Positions 37,999-51,335 of a stretch of 64,000 nucleotides of DNA are shown here, piece by piece. This DNA comes from Octopus sinensis. Taxonomy: Eukaryota. A program made the position numbers and the translations under genes. Under the pieces are notes generated by a model that saw nothing but the letters and a program-made list of their open reading frames with translations, was not told the DNA's origin and searched no databases. Within the stretch, counting starts at the first letter, position 1. Every line of letters begins with the position of its first letter. The stretch is from positions 52,514,001 through 52,578,000 of the forward strand of contig NC_043007.1 of assembly GCF_006345805.1 (NCBI RefSeq), read 5' to 3'.

Positions 37999-40900
37999 CG
38001 GGGGAGTAGGTATGCTTATTGCCGAAAAATGGGTAGGTATGGTAATCGAGGTAGTCAGAGTATGTGACAGAATACTGAAGATTAGTTTAGTGCTCCATCA
38101 TAGTTTAGCAACTATTATATCGGCCTATGCCCCTCAGCCAGGGCTACCCGATAGACAGAAAGACTGTTTCTATGACAGCCTACTGCAGACCACCTCACTG
38201 ACGAACGACAGGGACCTTCTCTTTGTGGGTGGTGACTTCAATGGGCATGTTGGACGATATGCTGAGGGCTTCTATGGCGTTCATGGAGGCTATGGTTATG
38301 GTTCTCGCAATGAGGAGGGAACTAGGCTGCTGGAGTTCTGTGATGCGAATAGTCTTATGGTTTGCAACACTAACTTCAGGAAACCGACAAGCCACTTGGT
38401 CACCTACCGTTTGGGCCAGCATACTAGCCAAATCGACTACATCCTTACCAGAAAAAGGGAAAGATGGCTGCTTATAAATGCCAAAACCTTCCCAGGCGAA
38501 GAGTGTACCCCACAACATAGACTGGTAGTCAGTGACTTTAGAATCAGGACTAAGAGGACGACCAGAAGACGACCAACATGGAGAAGAAGGGTCTGGAAGC
38601 TTAAAGACCCTGCAAATGGACAGAGATTTAGAGACGTGTTACTTGAAGCCTTCGACGAAATAGAAGGGGGTATAGCTACACATGGGGTAGAAGATAACTG
38701 GGCGCTTCTAAGGGACAACCTGCTGAAAGCCACAGACCAGATCTGTGGCTGGTGCAAAGTCCCCACAAGACCCAAAATAACGTGGTGGTGGAACAATATT
38801 GTTGACAGGGCTATTAGACAAAGGAAACAGGCTTGGAAGGACTGGAAGAACGGTGGTAGCAGGGAAGTGTATCAGACTGCAAGAAGGGAGGCTAGGAGGC
38901 TGGTGTATTTAGCCAGAGGGGAAGCAGATAAGAAAAAATTTGCCAATGTCCTGCGCCGTGAAGATGATAGACTTGAGGTATTTCGTGTTGCAAGACAGTG
39001 TGTGAGAGAGAATCGTGACGTGGTAGGAGAGAAATGTGTTCGCAAGGATGACGGCTCACTTGCGCTAAATGAGGATGCAAAGAGAGAGGTTTGGAGACGC
39101 CACTATGAAAGGTTGCTGAATGAGGAAAATGAATGGGATAAAGAGAGTCTGCCGAATGTTGACCCAACAGAAGGACCAGCAATCCGAGTTGACAGTTCCT
39201 TAGTAGATAAGGCAATTAGAAGCATGAAGACAAGGAAAGCCCCAGGCCCATCAGGAATTACTGCAGAGATGCTCAAAATATCTGGTAGTGCTGGCTATAG
39301 CCTAGTCACCCATATAGTTAACCAGGTGATACACGAAGGAGTCATTCCCAATGACTGGTGTAGCAGCATAATAGTCAACTGCTACAAAGGTAAAGGTGAC
39401 GCCCTAGATACAAATAACTACAGGGGTATCAAGCTGCTAGATCAGGTAATGAAGGTTACGGTGAGGGTTATAGCCCAACAAATTAGAGAGAGAGTTAGCT
39501 TAGATCAGATGCAGTTTGGGTTTGTGCCAGGGAAAAGCACTACTGATGCTATTTTCCTGGTAAGGCAGCTGCAGGAGAAATACCTAGCCAAAGACAAACC
39601 CCTGTACCTGGCTTTTGTCGATATGGAGAAAGCCTTCGACAGGGTCCCCTGATCCCTTATCTGGTGGTCAATGAGGAAACTAGGGATAGATGAATGGTTA
39701 GTGAGAGCTGTACAAGCCATGTACAGAGACGCTGCTAGTAAGGTGAGGGTTGGCACCGAGTACAGTGAAGAATTCAGGGTAGAGGTTGGGGTCCACCAAG
39801 GTTCAGTCCTCAGCCCCTTCCTATTTATCATAGTCCTCCAGGCAATAACGGAGGAATTCAAGACTGGATGCCCCTGGGAGCTCCTCTATGCTGATGACCT
39901 TGCTCTAATTGCTGAGTCTCTATCAGAACTGGAGGAGAAGTTTCAGGTGTGGAAGCAAGGTTTAGAATCGAAGGGCCTTAGAATCAACCTAGCCAAAACC
40001 AAAGTCCTAATAAGTAGGAAGGTAGACCAATCACAAACGCCTTCAGGTAGATGGCCTTGCTCGATCTGTAGAAAAGGCGTAGGCAGAAACTCTATAAGGT
40101 GCACCAAATGTAAGCTATGGACACATAAGAGATGTAGTAATGTCAACGGAAGACTAACTAGGAAAATAGTTTTTATCTGTGGCAGATGCTCAGGAGCAAT
40201 AAACTCTGAAAATATGCAGAGACCAACTTCTATCACGTTTCAGGGAGAAAAACTAGAAGTAGTTGATAGCTTCCGCTACCTAGGTGACCAAGTCAGTAGC
40301 GGGGGCGGGTGTGCTGAAAGTGTAACTGCTAGAGTAAGAATAGCCTGGGCAAAGTTTAGAGAGCTCTTACCCCTACTGGTGACAAAAGGCCTCTCGCTCA
40401 GAGTAAAAGGCAGACTGTATGATGCATGTGTACGTACAGCCATGCTACATGGTAGTGAAACTTGGGCTGTGACTGCTGAGGATTTACGTAAGCTCGCAAG
40501 AAATGAAGCTAGTATGCTCCGTTGGATGTGTAATGTCAGTGTTCATAGTCGACAGAGTGTAAGTACCTTGAGAGAAAAGTTGGACCTAAGAGGCATCAGA
40601 TGTGTGCAAGAGAGACGATTGCGCTGGTATGGTCATGTGGCGAGAATGGAGGAAGATAGGTGTGTGAAAAAGTGCCACACCCTGGCAGTTGAGGGGACAT
40701 GTGGAAGAGGTAGACCCAGGAAAACCTGGGTCGAGGTGGTGAAGCACGACCTTCGAACTCTAGGTCTCACCAAGGAAATGACCAGAGACCGAGACCTGTG
40801 GAAGTATGCTGTGCGTGAGAAGACCCGGCAAGACTAGTGAGAACAATCAAAATCAAATCATATATCCGTGTCCGCTGCCAGCCTCGTCTGGCACCCGTGT

Positions 40901-41390
40901 CGGTGATACGTAAAAGCACCATTCGCTCGTGGCTGTTTGCCAGCTCTGTCTGGCCCCCATGTCGGTGGCACGTAAAAGCACCATCCGCTCGTGTTTGTTG
41001 CCAGCCTCGGCTGGCCCCCGTGCCGGTGACACGTAAAAGCACCATCCATTCGTGGCCGTTTGCCACTCTGTCTGGCCCCGTGTCGGTGGCACGTAAAAGC
41101 ACCATCCGTTCGTGTTCATTGCCAACCTCGGCTGGCCCCCGTGCCGGTGACACATAAAAGCACCGTCCGTTCGTGGCCGTTTGCCAGCTCTGTCTGGCAC
41201 CTGTGCAGGTGGCACGTAAAAAACACCCACTACACTCGCGGAGTGGTTGTCGTTAGGAAGGGCATCCAGCCGTAGAAACACTGCCAAATCTGACTGGGCC
41301 AGATGAAGCCTTCCGGCTTCACAGACCCCAGTTAAACCGTCCAACACATGCTAGCATGGAAAACGGACGCTAAATGATGATGATGATGAT
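37999..41390 (+). mobile_element. Young, 5'-truncated RTE-clade LINE (APE-RT-PHD) with tandem-repeat 3' UTR and (GAT)n tail
   Basis: ORFs 37850-39652 and 39671-40837 are in the same frame with one stop; motifs AYAPQ, GDFNGHVG, QIDYIL, DMEKAFDRVP, GVHQGSVLSP, LLYADD. Confidence 0.95.
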
Positions 41391-41699
41391 ATATATACAC
41401 ACACACACAATATAAACGATATTCTCTGTTTCTCCACAACTCATTTCCAAATTAGCTGAATCCGTTGCTCTACTCGTAGCGATATATAGCTGGTCGTGCA
41501 TGAACATGGGAGAGAGCAGAGGTTACCAGAGGTTTCCTTCAACTCTATTTGCTCCTTTCAATCTTTAGCATCATTCAAAAATCTGGGTTTCATCATTATC
41601 CTTTCTTAACCTCCTTGTAGGAAACAACAGAATGCAACTTTGTGTTGATTCTCACTACATTGTTATAACGGCTATGATATTCAAGTCAAGACTTAGTTA

Positions 41700-41990
41700 T
41701 ACGACCAGGTATACTCTGGAGAAGTCCAGGCAAGGTTGTTTATGGAAGACCAGCAGTCACCCATGCATACCAACCTCCCCTCTCCATGCCATCGATGTTA
41801 TCCAAGGGAAAGGCAAGGGCCGATACAGCTTGGCACCTGTGATGTCACAACTCATTTCTATAGCTGAGTAAACAGGAGCAATGTGAAATAAAGTGTCTTG
41901 CTCAAGAACACACCATGTAGCCTGGTCCGGGATTCAAACTCACAACCTCCCGATCATAAGCTTGACGCTCCAACCACTGAGCCATGCGCC
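41700..41990 (-). mobile_element. tRNA-derived SINE (second family)
   Basis: rc head gcgcatggctcagtggttggagcg..gagtttgaatcccgg with A and B boxes. Confidence 0.7.
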
Positions 41991-42193
41991 CAGACTTGTG
42001 CCTGGGAGGGTAACTTTCTAGGTGCAATCCAATGGTCAGTCATGACCGAAGGGTGTCTCAGCATACTCTGGAAGAGTGAACTTATATCCTGCTAAAATAT
42101 GCTACAATAGTCTCTATAAGCTATGCTCCAATGACTGTCAGCCGTGTCATTCTAATCTCATTATCTAATATTGGTTGGGAATGGAATCACATT

Positions 42194-42587
42194 ACTCTTT
42201 TACTTGTTTCAGTCTTTGACTGCGGCCATGCTGGAGCACCACCTTTAGTCGAGCAAATCGACCCCGGGACTTATTCTTTGTAAGCCCAGTACTTATTCTA
42301 TCGGTCTCTTTTGCCGAACCGCTGAGTGATGGCGATGTAAACACACCAGCATCGGTTGTCAAGCAATGCTAGGGGACAAACACAGACACACAAACATACA
42401 CACACATATATATATATACATATACGATGGGCTTCTTTCAGTTTCCGTCTACTAAATCCACTCACAAGGCTTTGGTCGGCCCAAGGCTATAGTAGAAGAC
42501 ACTTGCCCAAGATGCCACGCAGTGGGACTGAACCCGGAACCATGTGGTTAGCAAGCAAGCTACTTACCACACAGCCACTCCTGCACC
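42194..42587 (-). mobile_element. Full-length tRNA-derived SINE
   Basis: Complete head to tail (..ctgaaacaagtaaaagag) of the abundant family. Confidence 0.85.
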
Positions 42588-42767
42588 TATATATACATAA
42601 CAAATACAAGAACTATTTTTATTTTCTCAAATAAAAGTAGCTCTGAAATTTATAAATATTCTCAGCATTTATAATTGAAAATTCTTCTTTCCCATACAAA
42701 TTCATGAGCAATTAACATTTTTTTCTTGCTGATTTGTTTTCAACATATATACATATATATATATATA

Positions 42768-43519
42768 CTAGCAGTATCGCCCGGTGTTGCTCGGGTTTGT
42801 TTCGACCCGCTGGAATTGTAATTTTGAAAAGTAAAAATTTTGTGAACATTTTTCTGGTCGAAATATACCGAAAAGTGGCGACACAGCATTGAAAAAATCG
42901 TAAAAAATAGGGATTTTCATAGAAAAAAGCAGCTTTTTGATGTAAATAATTTTTGGTGTTAACATGGTCCGATTTGAATTTTATGTTCTACGGAAGGAAG
43001 AGCAACCCTTCTTCTATCATACTCTCAATTTTGGTCAACTTGCACCGCAGGGTCTCAGAGGAGATAGTGTTAGTTGAAGGTTACTAAACGTGGTGCACAC
43101 AGACAGCTTCAGCTTTATATAGAGACTAGCAGTATCGCCCGTGTTGCTCGGGTTTGTAAGGGAAATAGTTATATAAGCATTTTTAGAGATGTAAAGTAGA
43201 ATAGCCATCTCAATATGGCTAACCACAAAGGGGGAGGGGTGTTACTGTAGCTTTTTACGTTCTGAGATTTAATAATAAATTTTAGAGAGTTACTTCCCTT
43301 ATATATGTCAAAAATGGATTAAAAATGGGAAAAATTGATGGTAAATTTTTTTTTAAATCGTAGACTCATCGTAGACGCGCGCTAATACCCAGAAGGGCTC
43401 GATATGAATCACGACTATAAGATACCCGGTTTTGGTTAAACTGCACCGCAAAATGTGGGAGTAGTTAGGAATCTAAATCGTAGGAGACAGACACACAACC
43501 TCACTTTTATATATAAAGA
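42768..43519 (-). mobile_element. Two head-to-tail non-autonomous Helitrons
   Basis: Near-identical 3' ends actagcagtatcgcccg..gctcggg at 42767 and 43125; TC-TATAT-type 5' ends at ~43124 and ~43519. Confidence 0.75.
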
Positions 43520-43681
43520 TTTCCTCTATTTACATAATATTGAGGTCTCTTTCTTTCTTTTGTTATCTTCCTGTTTTTACCAATATACATATATATATAT
43601 ATATAAATATATATATAGTTACAGAGATGTACTTGCATAGCAAGTGACTTGATCTGAGATCGTGTGCTGGAACGAAAACAG

Positions 43682-43940
43682 TTGCAGCATTGAAGGTGTT
43701 TATAAGCCATTTAAGAAACAAACAAAAACCGTTAGATTCACTTCAACATTTAAATTTAATTTGTCAAAATATTTTCGTCGCTTTGAGACCACGACCTGTT
43801 AGCACGATATTTTTGTCAGTGAACAGGTCGCGGTCTCAAAGCGAGGAAAATATTTTGGCAAATTAAATTTAAATGTTGAAGTGAATCTAACGGTTTTTGT
43901 GTGTTTCTTAAATGGCTTACAAACACCTTCCACGCTGCAA
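43682..43940. repeat. Long inverted repeat (~119-bp arms, 21-bp spacer)
   Basis: 43682-43800 is the approximate reverse complement of 43822-43940. Confidence 0.9.
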
Positions 43941-44309
43941 TATATATATACACACATATATATATATGTATGTATGTATGTATGTGTGTATATGTGTATG
44001 CATGTATGTGTGTGTGTGTGTGTGCGTGTCTGTGCTTGTGATTGTCCTCCACCACTGCTTGACAACGAATGTTGGTTTGTTTACATCCCTGTCACCTAGT
44101 GGTTTGATAAAGGAAACAGATAGAATAAGTACAATGCTTACAAAAATAAAACTGGAGTTGATCATTAAACTACAATTCTTCAAGGCATTGCCCCAGCATG
44201 GCCACAGACCAATGGCTGGAAAAAGCAGAAGAATAAAAGAATACATTCTCTGCTTTGGTCTTATGTTCAAGGCATGAGAAAGCTTGAGTTTACATGAGAA
44301 GGCCTAACA

Positions 44310-44585
44310 GACCTGGTAGAAACAGCAGCCAAATCTCCCTCAAATCACACCTTACTGTCTTATGTATGTATATATATATGAGCCAATGAGGGGGACCTCT
44401 ACATGGTAGCTAGACCTGGTAGAAATAGCAGCCAAATTTCCCCCAAATCACACCTTACTGTCTTATCTATGTATATATGTATGTATGAGCCTATGAGGGA
44501 GACCCCTACATGGCAGCTAGACATGGTAGAAATAGCAGCCAAATCTCCCTCAAATCACACCTTACTGTCTTATGTATGTATATAT
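44310..44585 (+). repeat. Three tandem ~100-bp units
   Basis: ggtagaaatagcagccaaatctccctcaaatcacaccttactgtct recurs at ~44316, 44418 and 44525. Confidence 0.85.
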
Positions 44586-44849
44586 ATATATACAAGCCAC
44601 TACGGTTATTTAATGTAAAGACTTCCTCAAATCACTCTCGCTATTTACTCTCTTCCAAGAACATTTTCACTCACTCTTATCTCTTAGCTTGCCATACATT
44701 TTACTCATGTATCTATCAGCGTGATAGACAGAAACAAATATTACATCGCCATCGCCATCGCATTCTATTATCTACCTGTCAACACACACACAGTGAATTA
44801 CTTTCATTTTATTCGTTGCACACTGTGTGTGTGCGTGTGCGTGTGGTGT

Positions 44850-46210
44850 AAACCACATTAAGAAAAGCATTTGACATACACACCAGAATGTGAGTTTTCT
44901 GTAAATTTTGCTTAATTGGAGTTTAAATTTTAAAAACTGGACCTGGCATGACTCGATGCATTCTACTCTTAAAAATGCTAGGTAAATTGTAATTGAAGAA
45001 ATCCTATATTGTAGATTTCTATAACTGACAAAGGGAGGCAGATAAAATCTGCCTTTTATAATAAGAGATAACACACACACATTAATACACATACATACAC
45101 ACACACACACATGTATGTATGGATGTATATATGTACATCTGTCCACTTCTTGCAATATTTTTATCCTTCACTTCCTACACACACACACACCTTATTAGCT
45201 TACAATTTCTTTCTGTCAACAATTGACAACAGAAGTACGCTTGCCAATTAATACTACCAAAATTTAACGACAGAAAGTAAATTAAAAACCAATTTACCTT
45301 TTCTGTATTGTTATGGCAATCTGACCGTCGGTGTGTTTTTGCAAATGTGTTCGAATGAGAAGTGAGTTGTGTTTGGCGCCTTTTTTACTAATAACAAACA
45401 CACACGTGTGTGTGTGTGTTTGAGTGTTTGTATGTAGTTGTTTGAAACGTTTGTGTTTGTCACTGTCATATATGTATGTGTATGCGTGTGTGTGAGGAAT
45501 GGCAAACCAGATAGATAGCGCGCGAAGTTCTTTTGAAGTTCGCGTGTCACACACGCACACACACACACACGCACCCTCTCACACACGCACCACTCACACA
45601 CACGCACACACACACGTTAGCTTACAATTTTATTTATATATTTGTGTGTCTATGTGTGTAAAGAGGAAGTGGGAATGCAGAGTGAAAGAGTGAAATGGTA
45701 AAATATTTAGTTTTCTCGAATTTTTTCTGAAATGGGGTGAAATTGAAAGAAATTTTGTATGCCATGACTGAATGGAAGTACTTTGAAAAATCATAGGTAA
45801 ACTCTAATTGAAGAAATTGTGTGAGGAGTAAATCGTTATGTATTTATTTGTTTCTGTTTGCTGTGTTGTTTTATTTTTGAGTAGTGGTTTAAGGTACACT
45901 TGCAAAGAGAAAGTGGGAGAAATTAGGGTGATAGCATCAGTGAAGCAGTTCGCTCCGTTTGTGTGTGTGTGCGTGTGTGTGTGTGCTGTAACCCACACTA
46001 AGAAAAGCACTTCACTTACACACCACAATGTGAGTTTTCTCTAAATTTTGCTTAATTGGGGTTGAAATTTGAAAAACTGGACCTGGCACGACCCGATGTA
46101 TTCTACTCTTAAAAATGCTAGGTAAATTGTAATTGAAGAAATCCTATATTGTAGATTTCTATAAGAGACAAAGGGAGGCAGATAAAATCTGCCCTTTATA
46201 ATATGAGATA
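44850..46210 (-). repeat. Two direct copies of a ~220-bp Helitron-like 5' end
   Basis: 44850-45070 matches 45990-46210. Confidence 0.65.
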
Positions 46211-46789
46211 TATATATATATATACTAGCATTAAAGACCCGTTGTTACCGGGTCATAGTGCTAGTGCATGTATATATGTGGATATATATGTGTACATATT
46301 ACACGTACATCTATATAAATATATCTACACATAAAATACAAAATACAAAGTTATATCTTGATATCGCTAGTGATAACAATACTCAAAATATATAACAGAC
46401 CGGAATTGTTAGCCCATCTCTTGTAATTTCGATCAATTGTATCTTGTCCTCCCTCTTGTATAGAAGTGTGGCTACAATCCAAGGGGGGGGGGGGGCATTT
46501 TAAATTTTTCTCCGGGACATCCTACGTCCCAGATATAAAGGTAAAAATAAAATATTTCCACTTTGCAAGTTCAAGTCGAGTACTCCCTTGCACGCTCTGT
46601 TGACTCGAACCTTGCTTCTATTGTGGCGAATTTACCGCCTCTGATTAGATATCTTTCATAGTCGCACCAAGACACTTTTCGAAGGTGCTTTCTTCCATGT
46701 TGTTTTATTATTACCCACAAGGGGCGAACATAGATGGGACAATACAATCTGATGATGGGGTCAGACACACGAATGGGTTTTTACAATAA

Positions 46790-49776
46790 ATCGAATTAAA
46801 AATTTTCATGAAATTACAAAATAGACAGAAATCGAATGATGGAACAGACCGGAAGACATTACGGGTGGAGTGGGTGCGGGTTTAGCTCGGACCCCACGAG
46901 CCCCGCCTCCCCACTGATACTTTTGGTTTACATTTATGTTGTATCTTTCACTTGCAACTTTCGTGCTACATCTTTCCATCGTTCTTCATACACTCTCCTA
47001 GTCAGGCATATTCTCTCCAGCCCTATCTTCCTTTTCAGGTGAAGATGAAATAATTCATCAAACCAGGGCCAGAGATGAACTTGCCTGACTGTAGACCTTT
47101 CATTCTCGTCTTCCATATCACCTCTTTCGCAATTGCTACTACAACGAGTAAACAAAACTTACCTTCTTTCGCGAGGAAATCCGGTGGGTCAATTTTTGTA
47201 ATCGACTCAGTCAACAGCTGTACTCTTCGTGTACCTGACAACAGCTGTTCGGCATAAACCCACACCTCAGACACGTCCGGACAATGAACAATAGCGTGCG
47301 GGACGGTTTCCCTATCCCGCCCGCATCTTGGATATATCGGTCTGTCTTGGCCACCGTGCCTTGCGAGTTTATCCCGAACAGGTAGAGCTCCTCTGTAGCA
47401 TTGCCATGCCAGAGACTTCTGGAAGTTGTCCAGTGTCCTCGGCTTGAACGTACGTCGGAACAGACTGGCCAGCTGATTATCGTCGAGACCTAGGGTTTCC
47501 CCCAAGGTAGCTTCACATTCCGCCTCTACCAACCCTCTATAGAAGAATGTGGTGGAACCCCCACCGCAGGCGTTGCCCGAGCGACGGAATAGTAGGAGAG
47601 CCTTGCGACACTCCGTGTACCAAGTACCAAGTTTCGATCTACGATTCAGCCAGGTTTCCCATCCACCGAAACTAGTGAACTTGGGAAACATCAGTTTTGC
47701 TAGCGAAGACCACACCCGTTCACCATTCAGGTAGAGCCACAGATGTCTTAACCTCAGCGCATGTCTGCGCATCATCAGCCAAGGCATCCCTAGCTCACCC
47801 TTTAACGGTTGTTGACAGCAAGTAGAGCGTTTCACAAGTGGTTTCCCGCCCTTCCACAAGAAGTAGAAGAGCTGTCTTTCCAACTTGATCAACCACGAAT
47901 CAGGGCAAGGAACGACGGAAAGGCGGTAGGTGATAACCGATGCGATAAACACATTGGCCACCTCCGCCCTCCCTTTCAGGGATAGCCACCGCCAAGACCA
48001 GGTCTTGGCTACTGCAGCCACCTTGCTCGTTACCTCGCCCCAATTCTTCTCTATTTGGAGGTCTGGACCGAACCAGACCCCTAGCAATTTAATCGGACCC
48101 TCCGTCCAACGTCCCACGACGCTGTCAGGAGGCATCGACTTGCCTCTCCAGGTGCCGAGTTGCAAGCCGACTGACTTTTCGCGATTAACTTTTGCTCCTG
48201 TCACCGTCTCGTAAACCTCTATGGCCTTGCCTACTTTACATAGGTGGTCCATTTCGGTTACGATGATGGTGATGTCATCCGCGTACGCTGACACTGATTT
48301 TCCATTACCTGGCTGTCTCGGGATGCCGCTCAGTTTTCGCAGTAATGGCTCTAGAGCCATCACGTACAAAAGCGGGGAGAGCGGACACCCTTGACGAACC
48401 GAGCGTTTGATTTTGAACGGCTTCGACAAGAAGCCGTTCACCCGAACTACCGAGTCGATGTTATCATAAATTTGGATAATCCACCTGAGGAAGCCAAGGC
48501 TCAGCCCGAACTGTGCCAGAGCAGATACCAGGTAACGATGGTCGACCCTATCAAATGCTTTAGATTGGTCTAAATGGACCAGTGCCCCACCCTTGCCAGA
48601 ATCACTATTAAACCCCTCTATAGTGTACCGCATTAGATGGAGATTATCCTGAATGGTTCTGCCCGGAACGGCACATGTCTGTGCCTCCCCGATCAGACCA
48701 TCCGCGACACACGCCAATCTTTTCGATAACACTTTGGCCAAAATCTTCAACTCTGTGTTTAGCAGAGTGATGGGCCTGAAATTATCAATGCACTCCCCCT
48801 TGCTCGGTTCCTTTCTGACGAGTGTCACTACTCCCCGGCGCACAGATCTGGGCATAAGCCCGTTCTGCTGCTTGTTCGCATAGACCTCCGCCAGTAGGTG
48901 CCCGAACAAGTCTGGCATACTCTTATATAACTCATAGGGTAGACCATCCAAACCCGGCGCCGCAGTCCGCCATTGCCTCAACCACCTCCTCAGGCGTGAT
49001 TGGCCCTTCACAGCCCTCCGCATCTCGCCCCGATAAGCGCGGCAGCCCGTCGAGTAGGTCCGTAAAGGCCCTCCTCCTATCCAGTTCGCCGCACTCACCG
49101 AAAAGCTGAGCGAAGTGCTCCTGAAAGACCTCACACATCTCCTCGGGTTCGTTTATCAACTCACCTTGTTGGTTCGTCAAAGATCGAATCGTGGCATCGT
49201 TACCATGCTGTGCTTCCACCACTTGGGCCCATCTCACGGCGTTGATTCTTTCACATCCCATATGGCGGATGCTAGCCCTGACAATGCAGCCCATGTGTTT
49301 GGCTTCGAGGTGCTGGTTTAACACCAGTCTCTTGGACGCCACCTGAGCCGCAGAGCCAGTTTTCAAGGCTTCCTCTAATTCCTTAACTAGAGTAGTTTCC
49401 CTTCTAGCCTCTCTAGCCACTACTCCTATGCTATATCTAATTGACTCAAACTTGATGGCTCATTTGAGAGCGTACCACCATTTGTTATTAATGATGGTAC
49501 CAGATAGTGCCCTCTGAATTATATCCCTAATCCGGTCTTTGTACTCCTTAATCGCCAAAAGGGACGTATTAAGTTTCCAGTAACCGGATCCTCTATTTTT
49601 AACCTTATCTATGTCAAGCTTACAAGTGACCATTTTATGATCACTGTAGCTGATCGGATAAAACTGTGGACACTTAGCTATTTTACTGTCTACTTTTCTA
49701 ATTAGAATTCTATCTAAATATGACCTGGAAGATCCGTCGCTGTTTGACCATGTCCACAATGGAGCGTTCGGAAAGC
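46790..49776 (-). mobile_element. L1/Tx1-clade LINE ORF2 (APE C-terminus, RT, zinc finger), frameshifted
   Basis: WTW..SYLDR..SDHK (49460-49775); PGLDG, FRPITLLN, LDQSKAFDRV, VRQGCPLSP, AYADD, C..ETVPHAIVHC. Confidence 0.92.
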
Positions 49777-50549
49777 ATGAAAGGCAAAGTTGACCTAGGA
49801 GGAATTTGAACTCAGAATGTAATGGCAGACAAAATACTGCTAAGAATTTTGCCCGGCACGCTAACGTTTCTGCCAGCTCACTGCTCACGCACCTCATACA
49901 CAAAGTACATGATGGATTCAATTATAGAAAATTTAAATTTTCCACCGGCTTTATCAACACACTTTTGACTTTGTTCTTCACAATCCACTAACACAAGAAT
50001 AACTATTTTATTTATGGAACAGCCCAAAACGCTGACTAGCAAATTATCAATATTGCACAACAGTACTTCCAGAACTTGCAATTGTGCCCCCTCCTTCGAA
50101 TGGAGTACCAGGGGTGTCCATCCTCTTCTCTACATGACTTCTAGCTCCCTAAAGCTTACACAGATGACATCACAACATCTACTTTACAACTATAACCCTA
50201 AAAAACTGGCTCCTCAGCAACAGATTTAACAGGTAGCTACAAATCACTGTCTTCATTATAAACGCCAACATTAGAGAACATTAAATACAACCAACCAACA
50301 CCCTTAACATAAAACACAAAGCAAAACTACCAGGAGTTACATACAATACTTCCATAGCTGTTGTCTTTACTAGATTTACTATAAATCTAGGCTTTCCTTT
50401 CACATTTGGAATTTCTTCACTAAATCTTTAATATACAGAGAAGTCTCCATGGGCAGCCAGTCTTAAACTCCTCAGTTATGGCTTGGAGAACTGAGTTGTG
50501 TATGTGTGGTGGTGTTTGTACATTTTAAAGGATGAATTGCTAAGAAAGC

Positions 50550-50691
50550 AAATGGTAAGAAGTTTGCTCCCAATCACAGGGTTCCTGGTTCAATCCCACT
50601 GCATAACACTATGAGCAAGTGTCTTCTACTATAGCCTCGGGCCAACCAAAGCTTTGTGAGTGGATTCGGTAGACAGAAACTGAAGGAAGCC

Positions 50692-50736
<45 letters not shown>

Positions 50737-50920
50737 TGTCTGTGTCTGTGACCCCACCACCACTTGACAACTGGTGTTGATGTGTTTACGATCCCATAAC
50801 TTAGTGCTTTAGCAAAAGAGACTGATAGAATAAGTACCAGTACTTTAAAAGAATTAGTACTGGGGTCGATTAGTTCAACTAAAATTCTTCAAGGCAGTGC
50901 CTCAGTATGGCCATAGTCAT
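50550..50920 (+). mobile_element. tRNA-derived SINE
   Basis: Same family as 42194-42587. Confidence 0.8.
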
Positions 50921-51335
50921 TTTATCTTTTTGTATATCAAAGATTATTTTGCTTAACATATCCTTCTTTATTTAAGAGAAATGGGTGTGATTTTAGGGAG
51001 ATTTGGTTGCTATTGCTTGAAGGTCAAGTAATTGCATTGTAGTCCACTTATCAATTCAAATTCAACAAATCTGCTATTGATGCTTGGTATAACAATACTT
51101 TTGTCTATTGTCCCAATCTACTTATGAGTATGGTATTGGGATGGTAGAACTGGTAGGGGTATTAAACAAAATAACTTGCAATATTTCTTTACAATCATTT
51201 ATGCTCTGAATTCAAATCTAATTAGAGTTGATGTATATCCTTTTTTTTCCAATATTAGGCAGCTTAGTGCCTTGTTAGAAATTACTACTTTAGAAAATGA
51301 ATGTAGTTAATTGACTCAGTTGACCAGTATACTTA

